64,000 nt of DNA from Octopus sinensis (GCF_006345805.1 NC_043003.1:18166001-18230000), one strand, 5' to 3'; shown: positions 36,828 to 50,889, counted from the first letter of the stretch. Program-made: numbers and translations. The notes: generated from the sequence alone by a model not told the origin.

Positions 36828-37921
36828 TAAATAAATAAATTACTAATAACTGAAAAATAAAGGGTATACTTTTCTCTGAAAAAGAGACAAAACACTCATA
36901 AATTTGCAAGAAGATTACTGGTTATCAACATTAAGCTGTTTTCTCATCAACCATCGTTTCATAGCTTTCCACATAACTGGCTGTAGATATGCCATTTGAA
37001 GGGTCTTCTAGCTATTTGGTGACCGCACTTGTGCCACATAAAAAGCACCCAGTATACTCTGTAAAGTGTTTGGGGTTAATAATTGGATCTTGGCACAGTC
37101 ATCTAGCTTGCTAATTCCTGTTAAATTCTCCAACCCATACCAGCATGGAAACCAGATGTTAGACAATGATGATGGTCATCATCATCATTACGCCTACTTT
37201 ATACAAATTAAACTAATATTAATCAGTGATTAATATTGTTTGTTTTTTTCTCGTGACATAATTATTTCCATTTAGCATCTTTAATGCTCCATGCATTAAA
37301 TATGTTAACACTAAATTGTTGTTCTTCAAGACAATCATGTTTCTGACTAATTTATTTGCTAAACAATTGGCTGCTTTTTCTATGCTAACCAGTGTATGTT
37401 TTTGTCCATTTTACATAATAAGTCCTCCATATTTGCTGACAAGTGTCTCATACATAATTTTGCTCATTGCTTAAATTTTTCTTGTTAGTTTTATAACGTG
37501 CTCTGAATTAACCCTATTCATACCGTATTTCAGTTGAAATACACTGCATCTGTTTAAATTAATTTAGAAAATAACGAAGAATTTAGTAAAATAACTTTGT
37601 TGTTATTAAGCTGCTATTTGGAGCATAAATTAGCATGAAATTTTGATGAGTGGTTTTAATTTAGATTGCTTTAAAACAGGAAGTTTGTGCCACAGAATTA
37701 GGGGTTATGTTGATGCTAAGGGCTTTTTACTCTTTTACTTGTTTCAGTCATTTGACTACATCCATGCTGGAGCACCACCTTTAGTCAAGCAAATCAAAAA
37801 ACCTGAGGACTTATTCTTTGGAACCCTAGTACTTATTCTATCGGCCTCTTTTGCCAAACTGCTAAGTTATGGCACAGAATTAGGGGCAGTCTCAGGTGGG
37901 TTATGCTAATGCTAAGGGTTA

Positions 37922-38284
37922 TACTCTTTTACTTGTTTCAGTCATTTAATTACGGCCATGCTGGAGCACCGCCTTAAGTCGAGCAAATCGATCCCAGGAC
38001 TTATTCTTTCTAAGCCTAGTACTTATTCTATCGGTCTCTTTTGCCGAACCACTAAGTTACGGGGATGTAAACACACCAGCATTGGTTGTTAAGCGATGTT
38101 GGGGTGACAGACACAAACACACAAACCTATATATATACATATACACGATGGTCTTCTTTCAGTTTCCTTCTACCAAATTCACTCACAATGCTTTGGTCGG
38201 CCCGAGGCTATAGTAGAAGACACTTGCCCAAGGTGCCATGAGGTTGGTAAGCAAGCTACTTACCACACAGCCACTCCTGCGCCT
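37922..38284 (-). mobile_element. SINE family A (partial copy also at 37725-37870)
   Basis: Family A match. Confidence 0.9.
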
Positions 38285-38892
38285 AATGTTATGTTAATAC
38301 TAACTTAACTATTGAGATTTAAGTATAATTTGGTTATTGTCACAATGCAGTGCCATTGACAAAAGATAAACTACCAACCTCTCATTCAGATAGCCATCCA
38401 TTTCCTCATATTGGATTGTACATCTGCATATCTGCATTCCTGGTTGCTTTTATTTCTTCCCCAACCCCTCGTCTAAAATAATGACCAGTCCCATTTTGCA
38501 AATGTGCTGTTGGTAATTTGGCAATTAGCAAGCTGTAAAACTATATGTTGGTGTTATATATAGCCAGAAAGACAAAGAAAATAGAGAGAACAAAAATAAT
38601 GCATCTTCGCTATAAAACAATGGATAATGGAGTAAAATGACCTCATTGAACTCTTGTGGTTCTATTAGTGCTGATGGGGAGATTTAGCTAATTATGACTA
38701 AAACAGTTATTTTGGTCTTCTACTAGCTCTCTGTCTATTATGATGACAAGGGTTCTAATGGAACAGCCTACTCATGAAATTAATGTGCAAGTGGCTGAGT
38801 GCTCCAGAGACACATGCACCCACAACATAGTTCTCGGGGAGATTCAGCATGGCGCAGAATCTGACAAGACTGGCCTTTTGAAATACAGGTAC

Positions 38893-39310
38893 TTATTTCT
38901 TTATTGCCCTCAGACAGCTAAACATAGAGGGGACAAACAAGGGCAGACAAAGGGATTAAGTCGACTACATCGACCCCAGTGCATAACTGGTACTTGATTT
39001 ATCGACCCCAAAAGGATGAAAGGTAAGGTCAACCTTGGCAGAATTTGAACTCAGAACATAACGGCAGACGAAATACCTATTTCTTTACTACCCACAAGGG
39101 GCTAAGCACAGAGGGGACAAACAAGGACAGACAAACAGATTAATTCGATTACATCGACCCCAGTGCGTAACTGGTACATGATTTATCGACCCCGAAAGGA
39201 TGAAAGGCAAAGTTGACCTTGGCGGAATTTGAACTCAGAACGCAGCGGCAGACGAAATACCGCAAAGCATTTCGCCTGGCGTGCTAACGTTTCTACCAGT
39301 TCGCTGCCTT
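38893..39310 (-). mobile_element. Head-to-tail SINE B dimer
   Basis: Two family B bodies; the second head is 5'-truncated at the junction near 39075. Confidence 0.85.
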
Positions 39311-39598
39311 TTGAAATACAGGTACTACTCAATTTTGCCACTGCGTGAACTGGAGCAATGTGAAATAAAGTGTCTTGCTCAATGATACAATGTGCTGCCG
39401 TGCATTGAACTCATAACCTTACCATCATGAGCTGAAAACCCTGACCACTAAACCATGTGCCTTCTTGATCTTTAATGGTTTTAAATAGCTAATTAACAAA
39501 TCAACCATGCAAGCAATAATTTTGTAGTGATCATTGCAGAATTATTGACATTTAGATAATTTGTGTGTGATAAAATTTAATTTTTGTGCACCTCATTA

Positions 39599-40093
39599 CC
39601 GTAAATTCTCAAGTATAATCCGTATTTTTTCCCCAAAATTTAAAGGTCAAAATCCCTTGTGCGTACTATATACAAGGTTAAAAATGAAAAATATTTTCTA
39701 AGCAATGTCCGAGTCTCTATTTGCTGTTCGGCAATGGTTTATTCAGACGCATTTTGTGATGTCGGGCACAAAAATACCTTAAGCTAAGCTTGAAAGCAAT
39801 GAAGTCATAAAAGAATCATCCATAACTTGCAGTAAGCAACATTTATTAAAATAAAAGTATTCAGAACACAGAATAACATGTAACAAAAACAATTTGCAAA
39901 CATATTTACATTCCTGTATAACAATTAAGAACATCACCATTATTGTATTACGCATGCGCGGAAGTGTTTGTTTGACTAGGTGCTGCTGGCTTCATTACAT
40001 ACGACTCAAGTTAGAGAAGGAGTGAGTATTATACACAAGGTTTAGGTTTTTCAGAAGTACAGCCCCCTACGGACTATACTCGAGGATTTATGG
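39599..40093. mobile_element. Tigger/pogo-like MITE
   Basis: TA TSDs at 39597-39598 and 40094-40095; TIRs ccgtaaattctcaagtataatccgta / tacggactatactcgaggatttatgg. Confidence 0.85.
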
Positions 40094-40926
40094 TACTCTT
40101 TAAAGAGATTCCCTCAAAAAACCCCAATAAATCCTGTTTTCTCTTCATACAAATCATCTAGATTTTATAGAGTTAACACAAAAAGCACGATGGGCCACGA
40201 TCATGGCTCAGATAGATGCAGTTAATTTATGGGCGGTTTGTTGGGGGTCTAATGTCACTCAAATGCTCCAATACCCCCCAGAATGCAAGAGAACTAATAG
40301 TTCAACTAATGACTTTTCAGATGATGTAAAATTTTCCACCATTTTATACTAAGAAGATATTTTAACTATTTTTTGTGTTTTGTTTGTACATGGTGGTCTC
40401 ATTTTCATAAAATGTGCTCAGCAGTCCATGCTATGTAAGTGCAAATCTCAGCGCTTTATGGGTTAAAAGATGCTATTTTGTTAAATTATCGTCATCATCA
40501 TCATTATTTCATGTCTGCTTTCCATGATGGTATGGGTTGGACAAGTCCTCACAATCTAAGTTACCTCTCTTTGGTAACCACTGTGTCTAAAGACTGTATT
40601 AATGCACCATTCAGCTTGGTTCCTATAACTGGACAGCTTTCCTGTTGCCAACCACTTTCCAGAGTATATTTGTCTCTTACTTGTTCTAGTCATTAGACTG
40701 TGGCCATGCTGGGGCACAGCCTTGAAGAATTTTTGTCAAATGAATTAACCCCAGCACTTATTTTTCTTAAACCTGGTACTTATTCTGTCAGGCTATTTTG
40801 CTGAACAGCTAAGTTATGTAGACGTAAACACACCAACACTGGTTGTTAAGCAGTGGCATGACACACACTCACAAAAGCACTCACACACACATACACATAT
40901 ATATATCAATATATATATACAATGAT

Positions 40927-41262
40927 AGTACTGCCTGATTGTCACCCATACCAGTGGTACATTAAAGGCACCATTCGAGTGTGATCATTGCCAGTGCTGC
41001 CTGATGGCTCCCATGCCGGTGGCACGTAAAAACACCATTTGAGCATGGTCGTTGCCAGTGCCGCCTGACTGTCTCCTGTGCAGGTGGCACATAAAAAGCA
41101 CCATTCAAGTGTGATCGTTGCTAGTGCTGCCTGACTGGCTCCTGTGCCTGTGGCACATAAAAAGCAACATTCGAGTATGATCTTCTGACTAGCCAGACCC
41201 CAGTCAAACCATCCAACCCATGCCAGCATGAAAAGTGAATGCTAAACGACGATGATGATGAT
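40927..41262 (+). mobile_element. VNTR (about four ~65-bp units) plus D tail
   Basis: Repeated gtgcc.gtggcac.taaaaagcaccattcgag unit, then cccatgccagcatg...gatgatgat. Confidence 0.8.
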
Positions 41263-42014
41263 GGGCCTCTTTCAGTTTCTATCTACGAGATCCACTAACA
41301 AATCTGTTGTAAAATACACTTGGCCAAGGTGTCACACAGTGGGGACTGAACCATGAACCATGTGGTTGGGACGCAAAATTCTTACCACACAGCAACGCTT
41401 GTGCATTGAGTACCTTTTTTTTGTTTGTTTTCCTAGCATCAACTCTTGAGAGGTTGAATAGCTCTTAGTGAGATAGGACTAGAGGGACCTCAGACATAGC
41501 TGTATTGTTCAGGAGCTTGCTTTACAACCGAGTAGTTTAGGGCCATAATTATAAATCAATAGTAAATCAATAAATAAAATGCAGAGAACCAATAAATCTC
41601 GTTTCCCTTGTATATTGATCATTTGGGTGTTACAGAGCTACGGTGTTATTTTGTGAAGTCATCATCATCGGTTTTTTTTCTTATGTTTTACTTGTTTCAT
41701 CCAGTGGACTGTGGCCATACTGGAGCACAGTCTTGAAGGATTTAAGGTGAACAAATCAACCCTAGTACTTTTGTTTTATTCTATTGGGGTCTTTTTCTGT
41801 GCTGAACCACTAAGTTACAGGGACGTAAACAAACCAACACTACCTGTCAAACAGTGAGGGGACAAGCACACACACACACGTCTGACCCATCTAAGCATGG
41901 GAAAGTGGATGCTCAATGATAATATATATACATATTTATACATATATGTTCACACACATTCACACGCACATATATTTATACATGTATATGTGTGTGTGTA
42001 TATATATATATATA

Positions 42015-42253
42015 CAGGGTTGGCCAAAAGTCACCTGACACTAAATCAAAACCCATTTAATTCCATGATTAAAAGAAAAAATTATTTTATATGAGACTTC
42101 GCTAATAAATAGACAAATGCTGAGAAAAAACTGATTTTAACTCACAACATTCAATTATTACACATTCATAAATGGAATGCATAAATAAAATTGAATATTA
42201 AGTGTTCATGGAATTTCTTTGATTTACTGTCGGGTGACTCTTGGCCAACCCTC
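42015..42253. mobile_element. Tc1/mariner-like MITE
   Basis: TA-CAGGGTTGGCCAAAAGTCACC ... GGTGACTCTTGGCCAACCCT. Confidence 0.85.
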
Positions 42254-43172
42254 TCTCTCTCTCTATCTATCTATCTATCCATTTATCTAACTATATATAT
42301 ATATATATATATATAGATAGATATAGATAATCACAGGCTTCCACAGTTTCTATCTACCAAATTCACTCACAAGGTATTCAGCTTGGGCCAATAACGGAAG
42401 ACGTTTGCCCAAGGTGGCTGCCCCATGGGACTGAAGTGAAAACCACATGGTTACAAAGCGAGCTTCTTAACCACTCGGCCTTGCCTTCATTTATCTGTTT
42501 GCTAAAAGATGAAAAATGTGTAGCTAAGCAACTCCATATCAACCAGTCAGCTTGATTTTCTTTTTTTTGGCTCATTGCCAAGCATTTTACAAAGTCACGC
42601 TGAGACTTTCATTGACAAATTACAGTGGAGTATATTTATTTCATTTAATGGAGATAATTTTCAGAGAATGAGAGGTGGGTGAAATTGAAGGTGTTATTAC
42701 TGTAATCTCTGTGACATTCTAAAGTTCAAAATTGTTTAATAAATACCTAAGCAACCGGATATAATTTTCATTACACCTGCTCATTGGCTGTGATAAACTT
42801 GTGCCAGTTGTTAACAGTCAGGACACCATGATCTTCAAAAATTCCATGTTCCCCGAAATTTGCCAATACAACTCTGGATGTGCCCATGTGCCCTTCCTTT
42901 TTAGGGCTGTTTTAGTATTTGCCTTTCTATCTTTTTGTGCTTCATTTTGTATAAAGTGCATGCACTTTTAGCTGTCTTTGTTGTCCTTCTTTGTTTCACT
43001 TATTGCAGCTTGCTGTCCCCTTTTTTCACCCTTTTCTAAAGAGTTGTAGTGCATCTGAGCACTGTATCCAATTAAAATCATTAGCAGACTGGGCAAAATG
43101 CTTAATGGCATTTCATTGGCTTTATATTCTGAGTTCAAATTGTGTGGAGAACGACTTTGCCTGTCGTCCTTT

Positions 43173-43652
43173 CATCATCATCATCATCATCGTTTAACGT
43201 CCACTTTCCATGCTAGCATGGGTTGGACGATTTGACTGAGGTCTGGTGAACCAGATGGCTGCACCAGGCTCCAATCTGATCTGGCAGAGTTTCTACAGCT
43301 GGATGCCCTTCCTAACGCCAACCACTCCGAGAGTGTAGTGGGTGCTTTTACGTGCCACCAGCATGAGGGCCTGTCAGCCGGTGCTGGCAATGGCCACGCT
43401 CAAATGGTGCTTTTTATGTGACACCTGCACAGGAGCCAGTCCAGCGGCACTGGCAACAACCTTCCTCGAATGTTTTTCACGTGCCACCAGCACAAGTACT
43501 AGTAAGGCAACGCAGGTAACAATCAAACTCGAATGGTGTGTTTAACGTGCCATTGGCTCGGAGGCCAGCTTGTTGCTCTGGCCCCGATCTCACTCGTATG
43601 GTACTCTTAGCGCTCCACTAGCACGGATGCCAGTCATCGAATTTGATTTCGA
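43173..43652 (-). mobile_element. D tail plus VNTR inserted into a SINE B copy
   Basis: (CAT)n tail merges with ttcatc of SINE B; about four ~65-bp units; SINE B resumes near 43652. Confidence 0.8.
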
Positions 43653-43764
43653 TAAGTACCAGTTGAATACTGGGGTTGATGTAATTAAGTAGCCCTCTCC
43701 CTCAAAATTGCAGACATTGTACCTATAGCAGAAAGGATTATTATCATTATTATCATTATAATTA

Positions 43765-43979
43765 TTAAAGCGGTGAGCTAGCAGTATCGTTAGTACACTA
43801 AATGAAATGCTTAGTGGTATTTTGCCTGTTGCTACATTCTGAGTTCAAATTCCACCGTGGTCAACTTTGCCTTTCATCCTTTCGGGGTTGATAAAGTAAG
43901 CCCCAGTGAAACACTGGGGTCAATATAATTGACTAGTCCCTGCCCCAAAATTTCAGGCCTTGTGCCTATAGTAGAAAGG

Positions 43980-44012
<33 letters not shown>

Positions 44013-44398
44013 GAGTGAGAGAGCAGTGCATGCCATCAAAGTGACACTGGGATAAAATATACAAAGCCCAGTATACCCATTATTAATTTTTTTTCGCCCT
44101 AGTCAAGCCTAGCCAGGCTCATGGGCCTAGTTTCCCAGTTTCTGTGGTGTATATGTTCCCCCCAGCTGGACGGGACACCAGTCCATCGCAGCATTACTCA
44201 AGAAACAGGGAGAGAGAGTGAGAGAAAGTTGTGGCGAAAGAGTACAACAGGGGTCACCACCACCCCCTGCCAGAGCCTCGTGGAGCTTTTTTAGGTTTTT
44301 CACTCATTAAACACACACAATGCCAGGTCTGGGAATCGAAACCACGATCTTCCGACCGCGAGTCCGCTGCCCTAACCACTGGGCCATTGCGCATCCAC

Positions 44399-44431
<33 letters not shown>

Positions 44432-45296
44432 GGCAGAACAATTAGCACATTGGACAAAATGCCTAGCAGTATTTCGCCCATTGCTATGTTCCAAATTCAA
44501 ATTCTGCCAAGATCAACTTTGCCTTTCATCCTTTCGGGGTCAATAAATTAAGTATCAGTGAAACACTGGAGTTGATGTAATCAACTAGTCCACTTCCTTA
44601 AAATTTCAGAGCCTTGTGCCTATAGTAGAAAGGATTATTATTATTATTATTAAGGTAGCAAGCTGGCAGAATTGTAAGCATGCCACACAAAATGGTTAGT
44701 GGCATTTCGTTTATCTTTATGTTCTGAGTTCAAACTCTGCTGAGGTCATCTTTGCCATTCATCCTTTCAGGGTCAATAAAATAAGTACCAGTTGAACACT
44801 GGGGTCAATGTAATTGCCTTAATCCTTCCCTGAAATTGCTGGCCTTGCACCAAAAATTGAAATTATTATTATTATTATTACTGGCTCCTGTGCAGGTGGC
44901 ACATAAAAAATACCATTTGAGCGTGGTCATTGCCAGTACTGCCTTACTGGCCCTCTTGCCAGTGGCACGTAAAAAGCACCCACTACACTTTCAGAGTGGT
45001 TGGCATTTAGAAGGGCATCCAGCTGTAGAAATTTTGCCAGATCAGATTGGAGCCTGGTGCAAGCCTTTTGGCTTGCCAGACCTCAGTCAAACCAGCATGG
45101 AAAGTGGACATTAAACGACGATGATGATGATGATGATGATGATTACTATTATTATTATTATTATTTCGTCTTTGCCTTTCATCCTTTTGGAGGGGTGGTC
45201 GATAAATTACGTACCAGTGAAACAGTGGGGTTAATGTAATCCGATAGTCCCCCTCCCCCAAAATTTCAGGCCTTGTGCCTTCAGTAGAAAGGATTA

Positions 45297-45328
<32 letters not shown>

Positions 45329-45360
45329 TATTATTATTATTATTATATTATTATTTCCCT
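43765..45360. mobile_element. Nested cluster: SINE B chain linked by (ATT)n, 3' end of the AAT-tailed element (44014-44080, -), SINE H (44095-44400, -), VNTR + D (44880-45140, +)
   Basis: Matches to the families described above. Confidence 0.8.
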
Positions 45361-46107
45361 TTTTCCTCTTCTAAGATATGTGCTGCAACACTGTAGCTCA
45401 CTCTAAACAGATGTTTTAACATGCAACATTCTCCATTGTGTTAATAATATCTCATAGGAAGGCAGAGAAAAAGTAATCTCTTGTGTAATCAACATGAAAA
45501 CACTTATTAAGATACATATGTTAGCAACAAAATAAGAACCATTATTATTTGTTAGATGTTATTTGTTATCTCCCTTCCTCTGATAGCTCTTTAATGTAAT
45601 GGCTTCTAGTTTAACTCACCTCAGTTTATTGTAAATTTGGCAGAAATTCTTAACACAAAACCTTCTTGTTTTAATAAAGACAGTAAGAATAACATTAAAA
45701 AGCATGTCAGTGGCATATTCTATGGTTATGGTATGGGATTTAGTTTCACAAATCAAAGATTCATGCCTGTAAAGTCACATATTTTCAGGGAGAAGGTGAA
45801 AAAAAGATATATCCGGTTACTTAAGTTTGAGAACAAATAAACATTTAAACCATAATTGTTAATCCAACCAAAAATATTTTTTCGTTTTGCTTAGGTGATT
45901 ATGGATTAAATGTTCACATCTTTTCTTTTGTGTAGGCACAGTTGTGGCTGTGTGGTTAGAAGTTTGCATTTCAGCCGCATCGTTTTGAGTTCAGTCCCTC
46001 TGTGTGACACCTGTGGCACGTGTCTTCTTCTATAACCCCAGGCCAACTACAGTCTTGTGGATTTGCTTGACAGAAACTGAAAGCCAATTGTGTATGTGTA
46101 TGTATAT

Positions 46108-46148
<41 letters not shown>

Positions 46149-46149
46149 A

Positions 46150-46186
<37 letters not shown>

Positions 46187-46574
46187 GTAATATATGTATA
46201 TATGTAATATATGTATATATGTAATATATGTATATATGCATGTGTGTCTGTGTATACGTATATATATGTGTGTATATGCATATATATGTGTGTACATGCA
46301 TATATATGTATGTGTGTGTATGTATGTATGTATGTATGTATGTGTATCCTAACTGCTGAGCGTTTGACATTGTTGGCTCAGAAGTATTGCAGAAACATAT
46401 CGGAAGAGTGTTCTTATAAGGCATCAGTGTTCAGAATAAAGTATTGTACGTAAAGTTTGGGACCGAATTTAGAGAAAGAAACACATTATGTGACGAATGA
46501 AATTGGAAAAGTAGCAACAGTAGCTGGACCTGTAAATCAGGAAGATATTTGAAACAGGAAAAAAAAAGCATAGT

Positions 46575-46840
46575 GTGGTAGTGGTGGTGGTGGTGGTTGT
46601 AGTAGTAGTAGTAGTAGCAGTGATAGTGGTGGTAGTTGTAGTAGTAGTGTCTGGTGGTGGTGGCAGCTTTAGTGGTAGTGGTATTAGTGATGGTGGTAGT
46701 GGAGGCAGCGGTGATAATAGTGGTGGTAGTTGTGGTAGTAGTGTGTGATGGTGGTGGTGGCGGCGGTAGTAGTAGTGATGGTGGGTGGCAGCGATGATAG
46801 TGGTGGTGGTAGTGGTGGTGGTAGTAGTAGTAGTATAGGA
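46575..46840. repeat. Compound (GTA/GTG)n trinucleotide tract
   Basis: Direct reading; source of the spurious poly-T/H ORFs. Confidence 0.9.
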
Positions 46841-47094
46841 GCCAGAAAAGAACACACCATGTTAATAGATCAGGAACTAACCACATGACCATGTTGACTG
46901 TTTTGATTGTTACCCCCAACACATACACACACACACACCCACACATAACCCCATCCACACACACACACACACACACACAATGATAGCCTGTGTTGGCAGT
47001 TTGTGTGCATAAGCAGCTTAAAAATGGAAAACAAAAACATTGGTTTGTTGCAAGGAAGAGGAAAACTTTAATGTTTTGGACAGAATGATTTGCA

Positions 47095-47910
47095 TACTCT
47101 TTTACTTGTTTCAATCATTTGACTGTGGCCATGCTGGAGTACTGCCTTTAGTCGAGCAGATCAACCCCAGGACTTATTCTTTGTAAGCCTAGTATACTTA
47201 TATTCTATCGGGCTTTTTTTGCCAAACTGCTAAGTTACAGGGACGTAAACACACCAGCATCGGTTGTCAAGCGATGTTGATGGGACAAACACAGACGCAC
47301 AAACACACACACACACACATATATATATATACGACAGGCTTCTTTCAGTTTCTGTCTACCAAATCCACTCACAAGGCTTTGGTCAACCTGAAGCTATAGC
47401 AGAAGACACTTGCCCAAGGTGCCACACAGTGGGACTGAACTTGGAAACATGTGGTTCATAAGCAGACTACTTACCACACAGCCACTCCTACACCTAGTGT
47501 ATATTTATTATCTTTTACTTGTGCCAGTCATAAGAGAGTGGTCATGCTGGAGCACTGCCTTGGAGAGTTTAGTCGCACAAATCAACCCCGGTACTTACTT
47601 TTTAAGTCTGGTAGTTATTCTATCAGACATTTTGGCCAAACTGCTAAGTTACAAGAACATAAACAAACCAATACCGGTATCAAGCAATGAATGGATGAAG
47701 GGTGTGACAAACACAGACACACATGTCTACACATATAAATACGCACATACACGATGGGCTTCCACACAGTTTCCATCTGCCAACTTCATTCACCAGACAT
47801 TGGTTGGATTGGGCTATTATTGAAAAAACTTGCTCAAGGTGTCACACAGTAAGATTGAACCTGAAGCCATGTGATTGCAAAGTGAGCTTCTTAACCACAA
47901 AGCCATGCCT
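47095..47910 (-). mobile_element. Two tandem SINE A copies (second is older)
   Basis: Family A matches. Confidence 0.85.
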
Positions 47911-48002
47911 TGCTAGGAATGTTACACCTTTTTTTTTCTTTACCATAGCAAACCCATTTATATGTTCCATGAATTATTCTGAATACATCAATTTACCTTG
48001 GT

Positions 48003-48590
48003 CTAGATGCAATGGCCCAGTGGTTAGGGCAGCGGACTCACAGTCATAGTATTGCAGTTTCGATTCCCAGACCGGGCATTGTGTTTGTTTATTGAGCAAA
48101 AACACCTAAAGCTCCACGAGGCTCCAGCAGGGGGTGGTGGTGAACCCTGCTGCACTCTTTCACCACAACTTTCTCTCACTCTTTCTTTATGTTTCTGTTG
48201 TACCTGTATTTCAAAGGGCCAGCCTTGTCACACTCTGTGTCACGCTGAATCTCCCCCGAGAACTACGTTAAGGGTACACGTGTCTGTGGAGTGCTCAGCC
48301 ACTTGCATGTTAATAAATGAGCTGCGACGTCACTGGTGCCAAGCTGTATCGGCCCCTTTGCCTTTCCCTTGGACAACACTGGTGGCATGGAGAGGGGAGG
48401 CTGGTATGCATGGGCAACTGCTGGTCTTCCATAAACAACCTTGCCCGGACTTGTGCCTGGTAGGGTAACTTTCTAGGTGCAAACCCATGGTCATTCATGA
48501 CCGAAGTGGGGTCACAACAAGATGCCATAGACTTTCTTCCCCTGCTCAATCCAGCATGGTTAGACCAAGGAGCCAGTAAAAGGCCTGACA
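48003..48590 (+). mobile_element. SINE family H, long form
   Basis: tRNA-like head; extended 3' part matches the reverse complements of 38740-38875 and 26430-26630. Confidence 0.8.
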
Positions 48591-49422
48591 GTATGGCAAT
48601 CCTCCCCCCACCTTCATTTTGTGATGGTAAACCACACACACACACACACACACACCACCCATTTAGGATACCACATGCTGTGACGCCTCCAGGCTTTGAA
48701 GGGCAAACTGTGAAGTGTCAGCTGTTCTCTGACAGTTTTATGGTCAAGCTTGTGGCAGTTTGTGACCTCTGGTGTTCTGAGTCACCTTTTGCTGTATTGT
48801 TATATCAAAAATAGAAGGCGACATCAGATAATGTAGTCCTAAATATATGTGTAAGCAGCTGACACAATGTTTGACAAAGCAGACCCTTTGAGTTCCACAT
48901 ACAGCCTATATTGCAGGCTTCTACATAGTTTCCATCTAACATCTGACCAATTTCACTCATGGAACTTGGTTTGACCTGAGGCTATATATAATAAGACACT
49001 TGTTAAAAGTTTCTTGCTATGGAATTGAACCCAGTATCTCATGATAGCTAAGCAAACTTCTTAGTCACTAGGACATGCATGGACACACACACACACATGC
49101 TCAACCAAATCTGCATAGACAGTATGTGTGTGTATGCATGTGTGTGTGTGCGCATGCGTGCCTGCACCTGCGTACGTGCGCCCCCACACGTGTGTGCACA
49201 AATGCAAAAGTAACTAAATTAGGCTTCTTACAGATATTAACCACACCCATTCATTCTACAATGAAGAGATAACAATGCCTACTCAACATGAATAGCCTAT
49301 TTGCATTCATGTACACACACTCACACACATGCAAACACGCTCTCACACAAACACACACACATACACACCATTCAAAATAGTGACTCAAAATGAAAGATTT
49401 TATAAAGTCTTCATATCAATTA

Positions 49423-49803
49423 CTAGTAGTATTAGCCCAGCATTGCTCAGGCTTGTTTTCTTTTCGAGCTTTTAGAATTGGAATTTTTGAAAAGTAAAAA
49501 TTTTGCATTATGTAGCTTGTTATTCTCTTTAAGTGAACATTTTTCTGGTTGAAATACACCGAAAAATGGCGACACAGCAGTAAAAAAATCGTAAAAAATA
49601 GGGATTTTCATAGAAAAAAAATCACCTTTTTGATGTAAATAATTTTTAGTCTTAACATGGTCCGATTTGAATTTTATCTTCTACGGAAGGAAGAGCAAGC
49701 CTTCTTCTATCATACTCTCAATTTCGGTCAACTTGCGCCGCAGGGTCTCGGAGGAGATAGTGTTAGTTGAAGGCTAACAACTTCAGCTTTATGTATATAG
49801 AGA
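49423..49803 (-). mobile_element. Non-autonomous Helitron (family E)
   Basis: Homologous to 28477-28878; CTAG and TC termini. Confidence 0.85.
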
Positions 49804-49963
49804 TTACTGGATTCGTTTTCCAGAAGAGTATTTTGCAAGAAAAAGTTTAAATTTCAATTGTAAATGTAATTCTTTTTTACTATATTAACTTTATTCTTTT
49901 GAATTATTATATCCTTTCTCCATATTGTTTCTCTCTCTCTATCTCTCTTTAGTCCATTTTCAT

Positions 49964-50268
49964 CTCTCTTGCACTTCTTTCACTCCTACTCTTTCTCTCT
50001 CTCTTGCACTTCTTTCACTCCTACTCTTTCTCTCTCTCTTGCACTTCTTTCACTCCTACTCTTTCTCTCTCTCTTGCACTTCTTTCACTCCTACTCTTTC
50101 TCTCTCTCTTGCACTTCTTTCACTCCTACTCTTTCTCTCTCTCTTGCACTTCTTTCACTCCTACTCTTTCTCTCTCTCTTGCACTTCTTTCACTCCTACT
50201 CTTTCTCTCTCTCTTGCACTTCTTTCACTCCTACTCTTTCTCTCTCTCTTGCACTTCTTTCACTCCTC
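49964..50268. repeat. 35-bp pyrimidine-rich minisatellite, about 9 copies
   Basis: Unit ctctcttgcacttctttcactcctactctttctct; gcact recurs every 35 nt from 49971 to 50251. Confidence 0.95.
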
Positions 50269-50455
50269 CTCTCTCTCTCTCTCTCTCTCTTTCTCTCTTT
50301 CTCTCTCTTTAATTTTACTTATGACTCAGCCTTTGTTTATTCACTGATTTAATCAATTAAAAAAATTTTCTTCTCTCCTTTTAACTTATTTTTAGATCTC
50401 GTTATATTCTCTCCTTCCATCCTGTTGCTGAAATCTCTCTATCTCCTTATATATA

Positions 50456-50889
50456 GGCGTGGTTGTGTGCTAAGAAGCTTGCTTCTCATTCACATAGTTC
50501 CGGGTTCAGTCCCACTGTGTGGCACCTTGGGCAAGTGTCTTCTACTTTGGCTCCAGGCTGACCAAAGCCTTATGAGTGGATTTGATCGCCGGAAACTGAA
50601 AGAAGCCTGTTGCCAGTGCCACCTTGACTGGCTTCTGTGCCGGTGGCACGTAAAAAGCACCAACCAATCATGGCCACTGCCAGCCTCCCCTAGCACCTGT
50701 ACCAGTGGCACGTAAAAGCACCCACTACACTCTCAGAGTGGTTGGCATTAGGAAGGGCATCCAGCTGTAGAAACACTGCCAGATCAGACTGGAGCCTGGT
50801 GCAGCCTCCTGGCTTCCCAGATCCCGGTCAAACTGACCAACCTGTGCTAGCACAGAAAACGGACGTTAAATGATGGTGATGATGATGAT
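50456..50889 (+). mobile_element. Composite retroposon: SINE A head + 2 VNTR units + D tail
   Basis: Family A sequence up to gaaactgaaagaagcc, then gtgccggtggcac units, aggaagggcatccagctgtagaaa, (GAT)n. Confidence 0.85.

Noticed and set aside
46431-47114. Longest ORF (227 aa)
   Set aside because: It spans compound trinucleotide and dinucleotide tracts that lack stops by composition.
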